Below, one piece after another: positions 38,992-48,487 of a stretch of DNA of 64,000 nucleotides. The stretch comes from a virus. The stretch is taken from IMG/VR virus record IMGVR_UViG_3300046787_000286, positions 16,060 through 80,059 of that record. One strand, written 5' to 3'. The position numbers were made by a program, and so were the translations under genes. The stretch's first letter is position 1; each line of letters begins with the position of its first letter. The notes under the pieces are model-generated. The model was not told the origin of the DNA and did not search any database. It saw nothing but the letters and a program-made list of their open reading frames with translations.

Positions 38992-39020
38992 TAAAAAACC
39001 CTACACAGTGTAGGGTTTAA
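38991..39020 (-). terminator. intrinsic terminator (hairpin with A/T runs on both sides)
   Basis: aaaaaaccctacacagtgtagggtttaaaaa, directly after the stop of 39038..40174. Confidence 0.5.
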
Positions 39021-39037
39021 AAAGTAGTACTTGAGTA

Positions 39038-40174
39038 TTACACACTAGCAACTTTATACAACGGGCTTAGATGCCCTTTTAATCCTTCGTTGACTGTGTT
39101 GTTATTGAACCATTTTTTGCCGCATTGGCGTTCTAGTTCCCACAGGCTACCTTCCCACTTGAGTCTCGCTTCTAACTGCCCATCCAAAAACCACTTGGAC
39201 AGTTCGTTGTAGATAGCACCAGTTGGCTTTTTAATCTGCCATGTGTTATGATTCCAGTCTGCATAGATACTGAAGTTTACTTCTTTGTAATAACTTTCGT
39301 CGTGGAAGCTAGCAACATTACTCATGTGTTTGATTAGATTGAGTTTGTTGTTGGCACGAAGCCAGTTTACAACCACATGACTTTGCTTGATTGCTAGTTC
39401 GGGCATGTTCGGAGACCAATAAAAGTACTCGTCGTTCTCCCAGTACTCGCCAAGTATGTCATTAGTTGGCAAGGTGCCAGTGGTCATAATAACATCTAAA
39501 AATGCAAAGTAGATGTTATTGTCATCACGAAGCAGTCTTGGCTTATCTACCCCGTAAACAAACCCAACACGTTTTCCGCGATGCACTAACTCGTTGTGCT
39601 CTCGGAATACTTTGTGAAACTTGCTACGAACCATGCAAGTAGGATCGAATCTAACTCCGGCTGACCAAATCCAATCAGGGTCGTTAGCAGCTTCTACTAT
39701 GTGCTTGGTCCAATCAAACACGTTAACTTTGATTTTTTTATCCGCTACAAGTTTTTTAAGAGCGGGCAGGGCCTGTTGAATTTCTCTAGTGTAGTAACCG
39801 GGGTCACGACCAAATCCCAATCGAGAGTATTCTTTCTCTTCGGCTTCGAATGCACCGAACATGTAGATCTCATCTATGCGGATATTATTTTTAATAAACG
39901 CATTGAGGATATTCCAACTATCAACTCCGCCTGAATAGAACAACACTAAATGGTCATATGCTTCGCGAAGTTGTAATGCTCGCTGTTTGTATAGCTCTTC
40001 TAGCTCTACAGTTGGTTCGAGATCCCACTTGTGCGCTCCGAAGATAGCGTCGTGATAGTCCCACTCAATCCACGAACCTGGATTAGCGTTGACTTCTAAT
40101 ATGGCTTCTAGTTTGTTTAAAAAAGGTTTACCGTTTGCACAGTAAATCCCTTTATTATGATACAGATATGTCAT
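39038..40174 (-). CDS. PP-loop (SGGxDS) ATP pyrophosphatase superfamily protein
   Basis: LVLFYSGGVDSWN motif; 378 aa. Confidence 0.5.
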   Translation of the reverse strand: MTYLYHNKGIYCANGKPFLNKLEAILEVNANPGSWIEWDYHDAIFGAHKWDLEPTVELEELYKQRALQLREAYDHLVLFYSGGVDSWNILNAFIKNNIRIDEIYMFGAFEAEEKEYSRLGFGRDPGYYTREIQQALPALKKLVADKKIKVNVFDWTKHIVEAANDPDWIWSAGVRFDPTCMVRSKFHKVFREHNELVHRGKRVGFVYGVDKPRLLRDDNNIYFAFLDVIMTTGTLPTNDILGEYWENDEYFYWSPNMPELAIKQSHVVVNWLRANNKLNLIKHMSNVASFHDESYYKEVNFSIYADWNHNTWQIKKPTGAIYNELSKWFLDGQLEARLKWEGSLWELERQCGKKWFNNNTVNEGLKGHLSPLYKVASV

Positions 40175-41064
40175 TGGCGAGCGTTATTAATTTGTTGCTT
40201 AAATTGTTCTTGTTTGATTCTAACAGTGTTCATAGATGTTGCATAAAACTCTTCTACAGTAACATTATCAAACACTGGAGGTCTAACAGCAGATAGCTTG
40301 TAGATTTCTTCTGGTCCTACGAATTTTGTGGCATTGTTCAAGATAATACCAATAGCTTTCCTGCGAGTTTCGTTCATGCTTTTAGAAGCAACGATAATAT
40401 TAAAAACATATGGTGCGTCCATACCAAGTTCTTTAAGAGTTTTTACTTTGGGCTCTTGCGGCAAACGAGTTTGACAACTTGCTGCTACCATTTTTAAATT
40501 TGAATTTTTTGTCTTTAGAGCTGCATAGGATTCGTAACGATCGATAACAAACTCAACACCATTATTGCCGGCCATGTTGATTAACGCATCATTATTAGAT
40601 TTGAACACAATATAACGAGTTTTAAACTTATACTTTTCTGCAAGCATTAGACCGGTTAGATGTGAAGCATTGCCGTATCCTACTCCCCCGAGTGTAAACT
40701 CAGTTTGATTTTTAAAATCCTTGTTAGTCACAACAGCCCAACATGCATTTCCTAATGCATACACTGGCACGTAGTTTTCTTCTTTAAGTTTGCCAGTAGC
40801 AATATTATCAACATACGCCGGTGCTATAATAGCTAGACTATTTTCTGTAGTTAGTGATGTTACTGCAATTGTTTGATTACCACCTGGTTTAAACTCTAGT
40901 ATAAAGGTATAGGCGGTTTGAGATGAATTTGCTGCATCAATGATTTTATACAAGGCAGGCGTTGCACTATGGCTTGGTGAATACGGCGAATAAATTTTGA
41001 TAACTTCGCTAGCGTTAACAACTGCCGAGCCAAGAAGTAATAATGTAAAAAAAAGTTTTTTCAA
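40171..41064 (-). CDS. secreted periplasmic solute-binding-like protein
   Basis: signal peptide MKKLFFTLLLLGSAVVNA; ~300 aa, alpha/beta character. Confidence 0.35.
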   Translation of the reverse strand: MKKLFFTLLLLGSAVVNASEVIKIYSPYSPSHSATPALYKIIDAANSSQTAYTFILEFKPGGNQTIAVTSLTTENSLAIIAPAYVDNIATGKLKEENYVPVYALGNACWAVVTNKDFKNQTEFTLGGVGYGNASHLTGLMLAEKYKFKTRYIVFKSNNDALINMAGNNGVEFVIDRYESYAALKTKNSNLKMVAASCQTRLPQEPKVKTLKELGMDAPYVFNIIVASKSMNETRRKAIGIILNNATKFVGPEEIYKLSAVRPPVFDNVTVEEFYATSMNTVRIKQEQFKQQINNARQ

Positions 41065-41242
41065 TTTTAAATCTCCTAAATAAGAATAACTTAAGAGCTA
41101 GTAGAAGACCTCTACTCACGGACGGCGTTATAGGCATATTATGCTAGTAAAAGAGTAAAGTACTCTAGGCGTCGATTTGATTCCGACGTCGGAAAGAACT
41201 CCGGCGTTGCAATATTATTTATTATCTGATACCCGAAGAAAA

Positions 41243-41548
41243 TTATTCTTCAGGTGTAATACCGTTTGAGTGCTTGTCTGTCTGCCGTTCCACATCTTGC
41301 ATCAGTCTGCGTTCTTGCGTTGTTAACCGTTCTTTCTTAGTCCAGGCATTTCTACGAGGGTTGCCGCAAAGTGTGCATCCTGGTGTACCACAATCCATAG
41401 CATGGCGCTTGGCTAGACGATGTGGTTCCTTGTCTAGTTTTGTGTTATGGCTGCTGCTTTGTTTGGCAATTTTAAGTTGTCTTGCAATAAACACATCTGT
41501 CTTATGACGACGGCGGGAATTTAAGAATTTTGCTGTTTCGTTGCTCAT
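41243..41548 (-). CDS. basic Cys-containing small protein (possible zinc-binding regulator)
   Basis: CGTPGCTLCGNPRR, lysine/arginine-rich. Confidence 0.35.
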   Translation of the reverse strand: MSNETAKFLNSRRRHKTDVFIARQLKIAKQSSSHNTKLDKEPHRLAKRHAMDCGTPGCTLCGNPRRNAWTKKERLTTQERRLMQDVERQTDKHSNGITPEE

Positions 41549-41599
41549 ACAGTTATTTAAGTTGGGTAGAACTAATTATAAAAGTTCTACCCCTTAAAA

Positions 41600-42115
41600 T
41601 CAACTGTTTAGAACACGAGCAACACTAGTGATTACACTAGCAATCCGCCCGATATCGCGCAACTGCTCAACTGTGTAACCTTCTTGTTTTAAAGTCTCGT
41701 AGTGAGCCTTTACACAAAAATGGCACTTGCCTACAATACTCGCTGCCAAGCTGTATGCTTCGAATCGAGCTTTAGTTGTGCCGCCATGTGAACTAATAGC
41801 GTTCATGCGTAACTGGGCCGGCAAACCTTTTAAGTTCTCGTCATCGGCCATTTCGACATAGGGGTACCAGATGTTGTTTTGTGCCATGATCGAGCCGGCT
41901 GTTAGTGCAGCATCACGCTCTTTTGTGTCAACAATGCTGCTACTAATAAAAGTAATCAGTTTGCCGTTACCTGTTGCAAAGGCCGCAGCCAGTGCAATTG
42001 CTTCTGCTTCCTCTGGTGCCAAGGTACTGCGTTTGATCACAGCGTCAAGATTTAACTTGGTGTCCTTAGCATACTCAGGAAGACCTTCTTTAAGTTGGTC
42101 TACCCATGCAGTCAT
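41600..42115 (-). CDS. AhpD-like/carboxymuconolactone decarboxylase family protein (alkylhydroperoxidase D-like)
   Basis: CxxC..H-type core (GKCHFCVKAH); size matches; stop overlaps the peroxiredoxin gene. Confidence 0.55.
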   Translation of the reverse strand: MTAWVDQLKEGLPEYAKDTKLNLDAVIKRSTLAPEEAEAIALAAAFATGNGKLITFISSSIVDTKERDAALTAGSIMAQNNIWYPYVEMADDENLKGLPAQLRMNAISSHGGTTKARFEAYSLAASIVGKCHFCVKAHYETLKQEGYTVEQLRDIGRIASVITSVARVLNS

Positions 42116-42654
42116 TACAGAGTCTCCCCGCCTACTGTACGGTTACAAGCGCAAAGTTCGCCAGTCTGCAATGCGTCAAGAATACGCAGAGTTTCTTCTG
42201 GGCTACGGCCAACGTCCAAGTTGTTGACAGTAACGTGTTGGATAACGTTGTCCGGGTCAACGATGAATGTTGCGCGAAGTGCCGCACCTGCTGGCGCATA
42301 GAACACACCTAGTTGTTCGACCAAGCTCAACTCACCACGCTGTGTATCAGCAAACTGAGTGTGAGTAATTTTCTTCAAATCACTGTGTGCCATTTGCCAT
42401 GCTGTCTTACAGAACTCGTTGTCTGTTGAACCTGTTAGCAATACTGCATCGCGATCAGCAAAGTCACCAGTCAACTTATCGTAGGCCACAATTTCAGTTG
42501 GGCAAACGAATGTGAAGTCTTTTGGATAGAACACGATTACTTTCCATTTGCCTTCGAAGCTTTGGTCTGTAATTGTGAAGTATGCGTCTTCTGGTTGGCC
42601 TGGCTTAACTCCTGTGACTGCGAACGCTGTTAGTTTATCACCGATTGTTTTCAT
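42115..42654 (-). CDS. peroxiredoxin (AhpC/TSA family, 2-Cys)
   Basis: FTFVCPTEI peroxidatic Cys motif; resolving Cys near the C-terminus. Confidence 0.8.
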   Translation of the reverse strand: MKTIGDKLTAFAVTGVKPGQPEDAYFTITDQSFEGKWKVIVFYPKDFTFVCPTEIVAYDKLTGDFADRDAVLLTGSTDNEFCKTAWQMAHSDLKKITHTQFADTQRGELSLVEQLGVFYAPAGAALRATFIVDPDNVIQHVTVNNLDVGRSPEETLRILDALQTGELCACNRTVGGETL

Positions 42655-42758
42655 TGGGTTCTCCTATTAAAAAATGAAAGTATATGTCTTGTTGACATGT
42701 TGTTATTATAATAGTATATAGCAATGAAGTCTACGAAAAAATAGGTTTTTCCTATTGT

Positions 42759-42998
42759 TTATCGCAATGTCGACAATATAGATTTTCTATAGTGCTTGGT
42801 GTAGATTTTGGGATAGGGAGCTTCCGGTTGCCACGCTGTCTCGGCGGCAGGAAAGTAATGTTGCACAAATGCAGGTGCTGTCTTTTGCGGAAAGCTATCT
42901 GTGAACTCTGTGATGCAAGTGTAGGTTGCAGGATTGTATGGCAACCCACTTGTGGTTGCACGAAGTAGTTGTAGATTTTCTTCGTCGTGGTCTGACAT
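42759..42998 (-). CDS. hypothetical protein
   Basis: 79 aa; the alternative overlapping ORF 42752..43057 runs into the tRNA. Confidence 0.3.
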   Translation of the reverse strand: MSDHDEENLQLLRATTSGLPYNPATYTCITEFTDSFPQKTAPAFVQHYFPAAETAWQPEAPYPKIYTKHYRKSILSTLR

Positions 42999-43009
42999 AC
43001 TTTATTTAT

Positions 43010-43093
43010 TGGTGCCCAGGGCGAGACTCGAACTCGCACGGATTTCTCCACTACCACCTCAAGATAGCGTGGCTACCATTACACCACCTGGGC
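43010..43093 (-). tRNA. tRNA-Leu (anticodon GAG), class II
   Basis: acceptor GCCCAGG/CCTGGGC, anticodon loop TTGAGGT, long variable arm, encoded CCA. Confidence 0.75.
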
Positions 43094-43468
43094 TTATCTT
43101 ATTGCTTTTGCTCTAGCGTGAATAACATCATCAACATTGCCTTTAACAATGACATTGGTGTAGGTGTCTACAAATTCGCTAGCATGATCTACCACACGAT
43201 TGTCAGGTTCGTGGTAGGTCCTAACTCGCTCGCTACCTGCTAGGTTGCGTTCCTTGTCTTTGTGGAAGTGTGCCTGAATGCGTGACAAGCAGGTAATGTA
43301 GGCTGCACGTTTGTTATCTTCGCGGCTACGGCTGTTAGTGCCGTTCGCTTGAATGCCAGTGGGCTCATGAATGCATCGGCAACAATTTTGATGCTTGTTA
43401 CGATGTTGCCCACCTTTGCCTGTTCCAGAGAACCACTCGTAACGAAATTGATCTTCTGTAATTTTCAT
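43094..43468 (-). CDS. peptidyl-tRNA hydrolase domain protein (ArfB/class I release factor-like, GGQ motif)
   Basis: SGTGKGGQHRNK...HEPTGIQANG; start moved to MKITEDQ so that it does not overlap the tRNA. Confidence 0.6.
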   Translation of the reverse strand: MKITEDQFRYEWFSGTGKGGQHRNKHQNCCRCIHEPTGIQANGTNSRSREDNKRAAYITCLSRIQAHFHKDKERNLAGSERVRTYHEPDNRVVDHASEFVDTYTNVIVKGNVDDVIHARAKAIR

Positions 43469-43483
43469 TGCAGTCTCCTGATT

Positions 43484-43557
43484 GGTGCGCGATGAGAGAT
43501 TCGAACTCCCGACATCTGTCGAGTCAGAACAGCGCTCTACCACTGAGCTAATCGCGC
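43484..43557 (-). tRNA. tRNA-Val (anticodon GAC) probable
   Basis: GCGCGAT acceptor, D arm GCTC/GAGC, anticodon loop CTGACTC (T at position 37 is unusual), T loop TTCGAAT. Confidence 0.55.
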
Positions 43558-43735
43558 AAAAAAAGCAGTAGGGTTACTGCAAACAGAATGAACTGAGTGG
43601 CTTGCCCTACTGCGGATGTTGTGTGCATACTACTTGTCTCATTATACTCCGCATGCAAGGGAGAGGCTTCTAACAGTAGGCGTTTAGAGTTCGGCGTTAG
43701 CGGAAACATCTAACCGTTTTGTCCTACTGTGTTAT

Positions 43736-43818
43736 TGGTGCGGACGGTGAGACTCGAACTCACACGCACTAGGCACTGGCTTCTAAGACCAGCGTGGCTA
43801 CCATTACACCACGTCCGC
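43736..43818 (-). tRNA. tRNA-Leu (anticodon TAG), class II
   Basis: acceptor GCGGACG, anticodon loop CTTAGAA, long variable arm. Confidence 0.75.
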
Positions 43819-43824
43819 AATTTT

Positions 43825-44052
43825 TTATCTAACTTTTTTAAGATACTCTGGACCGACTTTGCCGGCTTGCACTTCAAGTAATGCAGTAACTGAAGCATTC
43901 AACTGACCAGGATTTTCTGATCGTTTATGCCTGACAATAAGTTCACGCACTCTAGCAGATGCTGCGATTACTAAATCGAATCTGTTGCCAATTTGTTCAA
44001 CACAAGCGTCTGTATCAATTTGAGTTCCGCGACTTTCAGTGAGAATTTTCAT
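43825..44052 (-). CDS. hypothetical protein
   Basis: 75 aa ORF between tRNAs. Confidence 0.4.
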   Translation of the reverse strand: MKILTESRGTQIDTDACVEQIGNRFDLVIAASARVRELIVRHKRSENPGQLNASVTALLEVQAGKVGPEYLKKVR

Positions 44053-44072
44053 AAAATATCTAAGTTAGTTGT

Positions 44073-44146
44073 TGGATGCGGGAGACAGATTCGAACTGCC
44101 GATGCACCTGGCTTATGAGACCGGTGTGGTGGCCACCCTTCCCGCG
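44073..44146 (-). tRNA. tRNA-Met (anticodon CAT), atypical with short D arm and C1:A72 mismatch
   Basis: CGCGGGA...CTCATAA...GGCAGTTCGAATCTGTC TCCCGCA T CCA; resembles the initiator tRNA 5' end but is only 71 nt before CCA. Confidence 0.45.
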
Positions 44147-44153
44147 TAATTAC

Positions 44154-44720
44154 TTATACCAATTGTTCTGCTTGGAGCAAAGCAACTGTGTCGGCATCCA
44201 ATTCGATTTCGGTGCGAACGTTGAGTTCTAACACTTTGTCATTGATGCTTTGCTTTTCTTTCTTGAGGCTTCGCATGTCGGCTTTGTAGGCTTCGATTTG
44301 AAGGTTGTCTAACACGCCAGTGTCGACGTTGTCGTTGTAACCGTAAACACGGTTCTTGTTGTCTGTGTTGCGAAGTTTTTCTAACTTGCCGTTGAGAACA
44401 ACGTAAGACTCAGCAGCCTTGCTCTCTGTCAGGCCTTTCAGGTGTCCTAGACGCTTGTCAACAAACGCAGCTTCAGCAAGCAAATCGCTTACGCCACTTT
44501 CTACGTTAGCACGACCAACACGGGCACGGATGCCATACAACACCTTGGTCAACTTTGCACGACGAAGGTCGCTTTCAACTAATGCACCACGTGCAACAGC
44601 GATCTCACCTTCAACGGTCTGGAACTCGTTTAGGGAGATCGATGTTTTTACATCAATGGTTTTGATGTGATCCTGAATTGTGTTTTGCAGGGCGTTTGCT
44701 TTGCGAAGTGTAATCTTCAT
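44154..44720 (-). CDS. hypothetical protein
   Basis: 188 aa, coiled-coil character. Confidence 0.5.
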   Translation of the reverse strand: MKITLRKANALQNTIQDHIKTIDVKTSISLNEFQTVEGEIAVARGALVESDLRRAKLTKVLYGIRARVGRANVESGVSDLLAEAAFVDKRLGHLKGLTESKAAESYVVLNGKLEKLRNTDNKNRVYGYNDNVDTGVLDNLQIEAYKADMRSLKKEKQSINDKVLELNVRTEIELDADTVALLQAEQLV

Positions 44721-44743
44721 ATTCGAGTTCCTTTCTATTTGAA

Positions 44744-44772
44744 TTAGTAGCAGTGAGCGTATGGCAAGTCAA
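44744..44772 (-). promoter_or_regulatory. sigma70-like promoter TTGACT-N17-TACTAA
   Basis: -10 at 44744-44749, -35 at 44767-44772. Confidence 0.45.
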
Positions 44773-45025
44773 TCGCCGGACAATGTGCAAGAGACATTAG
44801 CGAATGATAATTTTTCAGGTTATCACTTTACTAAAGCAAAATACAAGAGACAGAGGATACCAATATTTCCGAGCATCAACAAACAGCGACTATAACAGCC
44901 AGTATAATCTCGGATCACTGGATCACGATTGGTAATTCCAGTAAGCATTTCAAGTGCTAACTAGAGGTGCAATCTCTCATCTCCATACACATCACAGTCC
45001 TGTTTTAAGAAACAGGCAAAAACTT

Positions 45026-45103
45026 TGGAGTCCCGGGTAGGATTCAAACCTACGAATCGATGGATTTGCAATCCACGCCATTAAGTCGCTCTGGTACCGA
45101 GAC
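45026..45103 (-). tRNA. tRNA-Cys (anticodon GCA)
   Basis: acceptor GTCTCGG/CCGGGAC, anticodon loop TTGCAAA, T arm GTAGG-TTTGAAT-CCTAC, CCA. Confidence 0.65.
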
Positions 45104-45526
45104 ATATTCTTTATATGTAAACACACTAAAACGCGACCTTAGTTTCCCAGTTACGGTATTGTCAGTTGGTATAATGTGTTTGCATATAAAGTGGCGGACT
45201 GAGAATACATCCTAACCTAGTAACACCTCGGACATTATTACAAACCTTGCGAGTCTGCTTTCTTCCGACTTCCACTAAAACCATATTGCTATGTATTCTA
45301 GTCTGTTACCAGTATCGCCGTTTTTAAAGACAGGCAGTAGTCTTGTCGTCACATGCTACTCTACACCATCTATCCCGTTGACCTTTAGAGCCATTCACTG
45401 TCGCTAAACAGCTACGAAACTTCCAGTATAAACAGATTTCACCTTGCGAGTTACGTCTGACTGTATTGCCTTGCGGCTACAGCATTAGATACTTTTCACA
45501 CATGACCGAGTCAGTCTTTGCATTTT

Positions 45527-45598
45527 AATCGTTAGCGGGAGTTGAACCCGCAGTCGACTCCTTAACAGGGAGTTGGCCTACCATTAGCCTATAACAAC
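45527..45598 (-). tRNA. tRNA-Asn (anticodon GTT), no encoded CCA
   Basis: GTTGTTA TA GGCT AATGGTA GGCC A ACTCC CTGTTAA GGAGT CGACT GCGGG TTCAACT CCCGC TAACGAT T. Confidence 0.65.
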
Positions 45599-46105
45599 CT
45601 ACTGCGATGTGCTGACTCAGTTGCTTCATACTCTTTTGGAATACAAAATACAACACACCACGTTCCTTTTGTCTTGCGAACTACTCAGACGTCTTTTGCG
45701 ATATGTGTCGGGTCTCGGCTTTCGCGTACCTCCACTTACCACTCAAACTGCATACGAGCCCTAGGGTGCAACCCCTCGGACAAATACACTACCCTTTCTC
45801 ATACCAATTAACTGGACTGGTTTCGTTGTGAAGTCAGCACCACCTGTTACTTTCCATCTACTCAAGTTCCCCTTGATGCAATCTCAGGCTTGTAAGCAAA
45901 CGTTCTTTCCACAACATCCAGCGTCATTGTTACAACCACCGGTCTTATCAGTGATCGCTCCCTTGCAGGAGTGAGCAGGCTTGCCTAAGTGAACTATTTT
46001 TAGTAGCGGAGTTATGTAGGCATACCTCCTTTGGCTGTGTCACCACAGTTATTCTTCACTAGATAGCAAGCTACCTAGTAGGACATTAAGCTGCCCTTAT
46101 ATTCT

Positions 46106-46134
46106 ATTATAACATTGATTGCTGCACTTGTCAA
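46106..46134 (-). promoter_or_regulatory. sigma70 consensus promoter TTGACA-N17-TATAAT
   Basis: -10 at 46106-46111, -35 at 46129-46134; faces the ORF-free RNA region. Confidence 0.6.
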
Positions 46135-46164
46135 CCATCAACATTACCAAATCTGTAAACAACT

Positions 46165-46240
46165 GCACACTTACAGGACTCGAACCTGACGACCAGGGCA
46201 ATAGCCCTAGCTATGAATCCAACCATATCAGCGTGGCCTA
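46165..46240 (-). other. tRNA-like element (T-arm CAGG-TTCGAGT-CCTG), unresolved
   Basis: canonical T-loop but I could not build an acceptor or anticodon stem. Confidence 0.25.
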
Positions 46241-46288
46241 CGCCTTTATGTGCATGTGTTTAAAGACTTTGTTACTGTCTAAGTATCT

Positions 46289-46317
46289 ATTATAGCAAAT
46301 TACGATATACTTGTCAA
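46289..46317 (-). promoter_or_regulatory. sigma70 consensus promoter TTGACA-N17-TATAAT
   Basis: -10 at 46289-46294, -35 at 46312-46317; divergent from the radical SAM gene 46333. Confidence 0.6.
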
Positions 46318-46332
46318 CTACTTTTTTGCATT

Positions 46333-47541
46333 TTGGGTAAAGTGTTATATAAATATTCCACTATGAATAAATCTAAAACTTTTTGTATAGCCACTCATGT
46401 TTGTATGGCAGTACAAAACGAAGTTGACTACTGTTGTTGCAACGCCAACAAAGAAAGTTGGAAAACAAATGACCACCAAGTCATGCGTGTAAACGAACAC
46501 TCTCCCAAACAAGCCTGGAACAGCTATTCTCGTAAAATAATAAGAGAAGTATTAGATAATGGGCAACAACATCATTCGTGCCAGAAGTGTTGGGACATTG
46601 AGGCTGCTGGTAGCATAAGTCAACGTATGACATTGAATAATATGTTTGTTGATGTTGAGTTACTCAACGACCAACCGCAGATTATAATTATAAAACCCGG
46701 AAATACTTGTAATTTTGCATGCCGAATGTGCAATCCTGAAACTAGCTCAAGCTGGTATTCGGATGCATACAAATTAGAAAAATCTACTTTGCCCTTTTCC
46801 GAATACACTCGTAAGTTTGAAACTATACGAAACAGTTTTAACCGTGATAATGAAAATTTTTGGAATACCTTCAAACAGTGGTTGCCAACTATAAAGTACA
46901 TTGACATTTACGGCGGAGAACCATTCTTAGCTCCTGCATTGTTTGATCTACTAGAGCACGGAGTTAACATAGGTGCTGCAAAAGAAGTTTCTTTGCAACT
47001 GCATACAAATGCATCAATCATGAATCAACATTATCTTGATATTTTAAGTCAGTACAAAAAAGTTACCTGTAAAGTAAGTATTGATTCAAGTGATCCGAAG
47101 AAAAACGATTACATACGGCATCAAGGAAACTTTGATAAAACAATAGCTAATGCAAAATTATTCAAAACATTTTTTGATCAACATAAAAATTTAAATTTTG
47201 GAGTAACATACACACTTACGCCGTTGAATGTGTTCCATGTGGATCAAGATAAAGAACTTATTAGCGAACTATTAGAATTACCTAAAATAGATGTAAACAT
47301 AGTAACTACACCAGAATACGACATACGTCACTTACCGATTCCAGTTAAGGACTTTCTAATTAATAATATTAACGATAGCTCGGTGAACAATTTTCTAAAA
47401 CAAACTATACCAGGTTGCGACATTGAGTGGCCAAAATTCTGTAAAGTAACTGATGAGTTAGATGCCATACGCAACCAAAGTTTTGCCGAAACATTCCCCG
47501 AATGGTGGGAAATGCTCAAACCATACTGGGTGTCTCAATGA
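46333..47541 (+). CDS. radical SAM family protein, paralog 8 (isolated copy)
   Basis: PGNTCNFACRMCNP, IYGGEP, C-terminal FPEWW motif; N-terminal Cys cluster. Confidence 0.65.
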   Translation: MGKVLYKYSTMNKSKTFCIATHVCMAVQNEVDYCCCNANKESWKTNDHQVMRVNEHSPKQAWNSYSRKIIREVLDNGQQHHSCQKCWDIEAAGSISQRMTLNNMFVDVELLNDQPQIIIIKPGNTCNFACRMCNPETSSSWYSDAYKLEKSTLPFSEYTRKFETIRNSFNRDNENFWNTFKQWLPTIKYIDIYGGEPFLAPALFDLLEHGVNIGAAKEVSLQLHTNASIMNQHYLDILSQYKKVTCKVSIDSSDPKKNDYIRHQGNFDKTIANAKLFKTFFDQHKNLNFGVTYTLTPLNVFHVDQDKELISELLELPKIDVNIVTTPEYDIRHLPIPVKDFLINNINDSSVNNFLKQTIPGCDIEWPKFCKVTDELDAIRNQSFAETFPEWWEMLKPYWVSQ

Positions 47542-47969
47542 AACTATTACTAGGACTTAGGGGCACAGCAGAATGTAATGATGTTTGTGTTGAGGTTTTT
47601 GTAAATCAAAAATTAATTGCTCAACGCACATCTCAACTTGACGAATTTATAACCGAACTAGTATTGCCAGAAAACCCTGCTGCTCATGTGGTAGAGATCT
47701 GCATATCTGGGAAAACAGAAAAACATACAGAAGTCGATGCACAGGGCAACATTGTATCTGATGTAGCATTTATAATAGAAACGCTACAAATCGAAGACAT
47801 AGACATGAAGCCAGTGTTCTGCCAAGGCAGACAGTGCTACTATCACTCATCGAACATTCCCAATGGGCCAATAATTCAAGATGAGTTATACGATTATATA
47901 GGGTTTAACGGAAAAGTTCAACTCGAATTCTTTACACCTATATATCTATGGATGAGTGAATACTTTTGA
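47538..47969 (+). CDS. hypothetical protein
   Basis: start at MKLLLG, ATGA-coupled to radical SAM paralog 8. Confidence 0.4.
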   Translation: MKLLLGLRGTAECNDVCVEVFVNQKLIAQRTSQLDEFITELVLPENPAAHVVEICISGKTEKHTEVDAQGNIVSDVAFIIETLQIEDIDMKPVFCQGRQCYYHSSNIPNGPIIQDELYDYIGFNGKVQLEFFTPIYLWMSEYF

Positions 47970-47979
47970 ACTTTTCCTG

Positions 47980-48471
47980 TTACGCTACTTGAGCATGCCC
48001 GCGAGCATTGCCTAAGCTACGGAAGCGATCAGCTGCATAAGAAGCTGCAAACGCTTGTGGCTTAACTAAGGGTTCAACGTTGCATACGCCACGTATGTAA
48101 CCGATAGCTTGGCTAACAACACAGCTTGAACCGTGCATTTCGTTAGGGTTAATATCCAAGTGAACTTCGACATCGCGACCTTCTAACACATCGGCTAACT
48201 TCAAATACAATGCTGACACTTTATAAACTTCAGTCATCAAGCGAGTGCTAGGACGGCTTGCACGTTGGTCATAATCGCGTTCGCGAGTTACTTCACCAAA
48301 CAGCTTACAACCGTGGTTGCCATCGATATGAACCACAATGACTGCTGTATAAACAGCATGCCATACGCCGTTGATTCTTGTACGTTCAGAGTCACAACCA
48401 ATATAAATTTTAGTTTCTAGACTTTGTTCTACTATGAAGTCACGGATTTCATCGATGTTAAATTTTGTCAT
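47980..48471 (-). CDS. hypothetical protein (possibly RNase H-like fold)
   Basis: 163 aa ORF. Confidence 0.35.
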   Translation of the reverse strand: MTKFNIDEIRDFIVEQSLETKIYIGCDSERTRINGVWHAVYTAVIVVHIDGNHGCKLFGEVTRERDYDQRASRPSTRLMTEVYKVSALYLKLADVLEGRDVEVHLDINPNEMHGSSCVVSQAIGYIRGVCNVEPLVKPQAFAASYAADRFRSLGNARGHAQVA

Positions 48472-48487
48472 TATTTCCTCTTTTATT

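Noticed and set aside
42752-43057. 101-aa ORF in an alternative frame
   Set aside because: It runs into tRNA-Leu(GAG). The in-frame alternative 42759..42998 was kept instead, at low confidence.
44073-44146. Initiator tRNA-fMet assignment
   Set aside because: A C1:A72 mismatch and CAT anticodon are present. But the D arm is truncated and the anticodon stem lacks the three G-C pairs of initiators. Kept only as atypical tRNA-Met(CAT).
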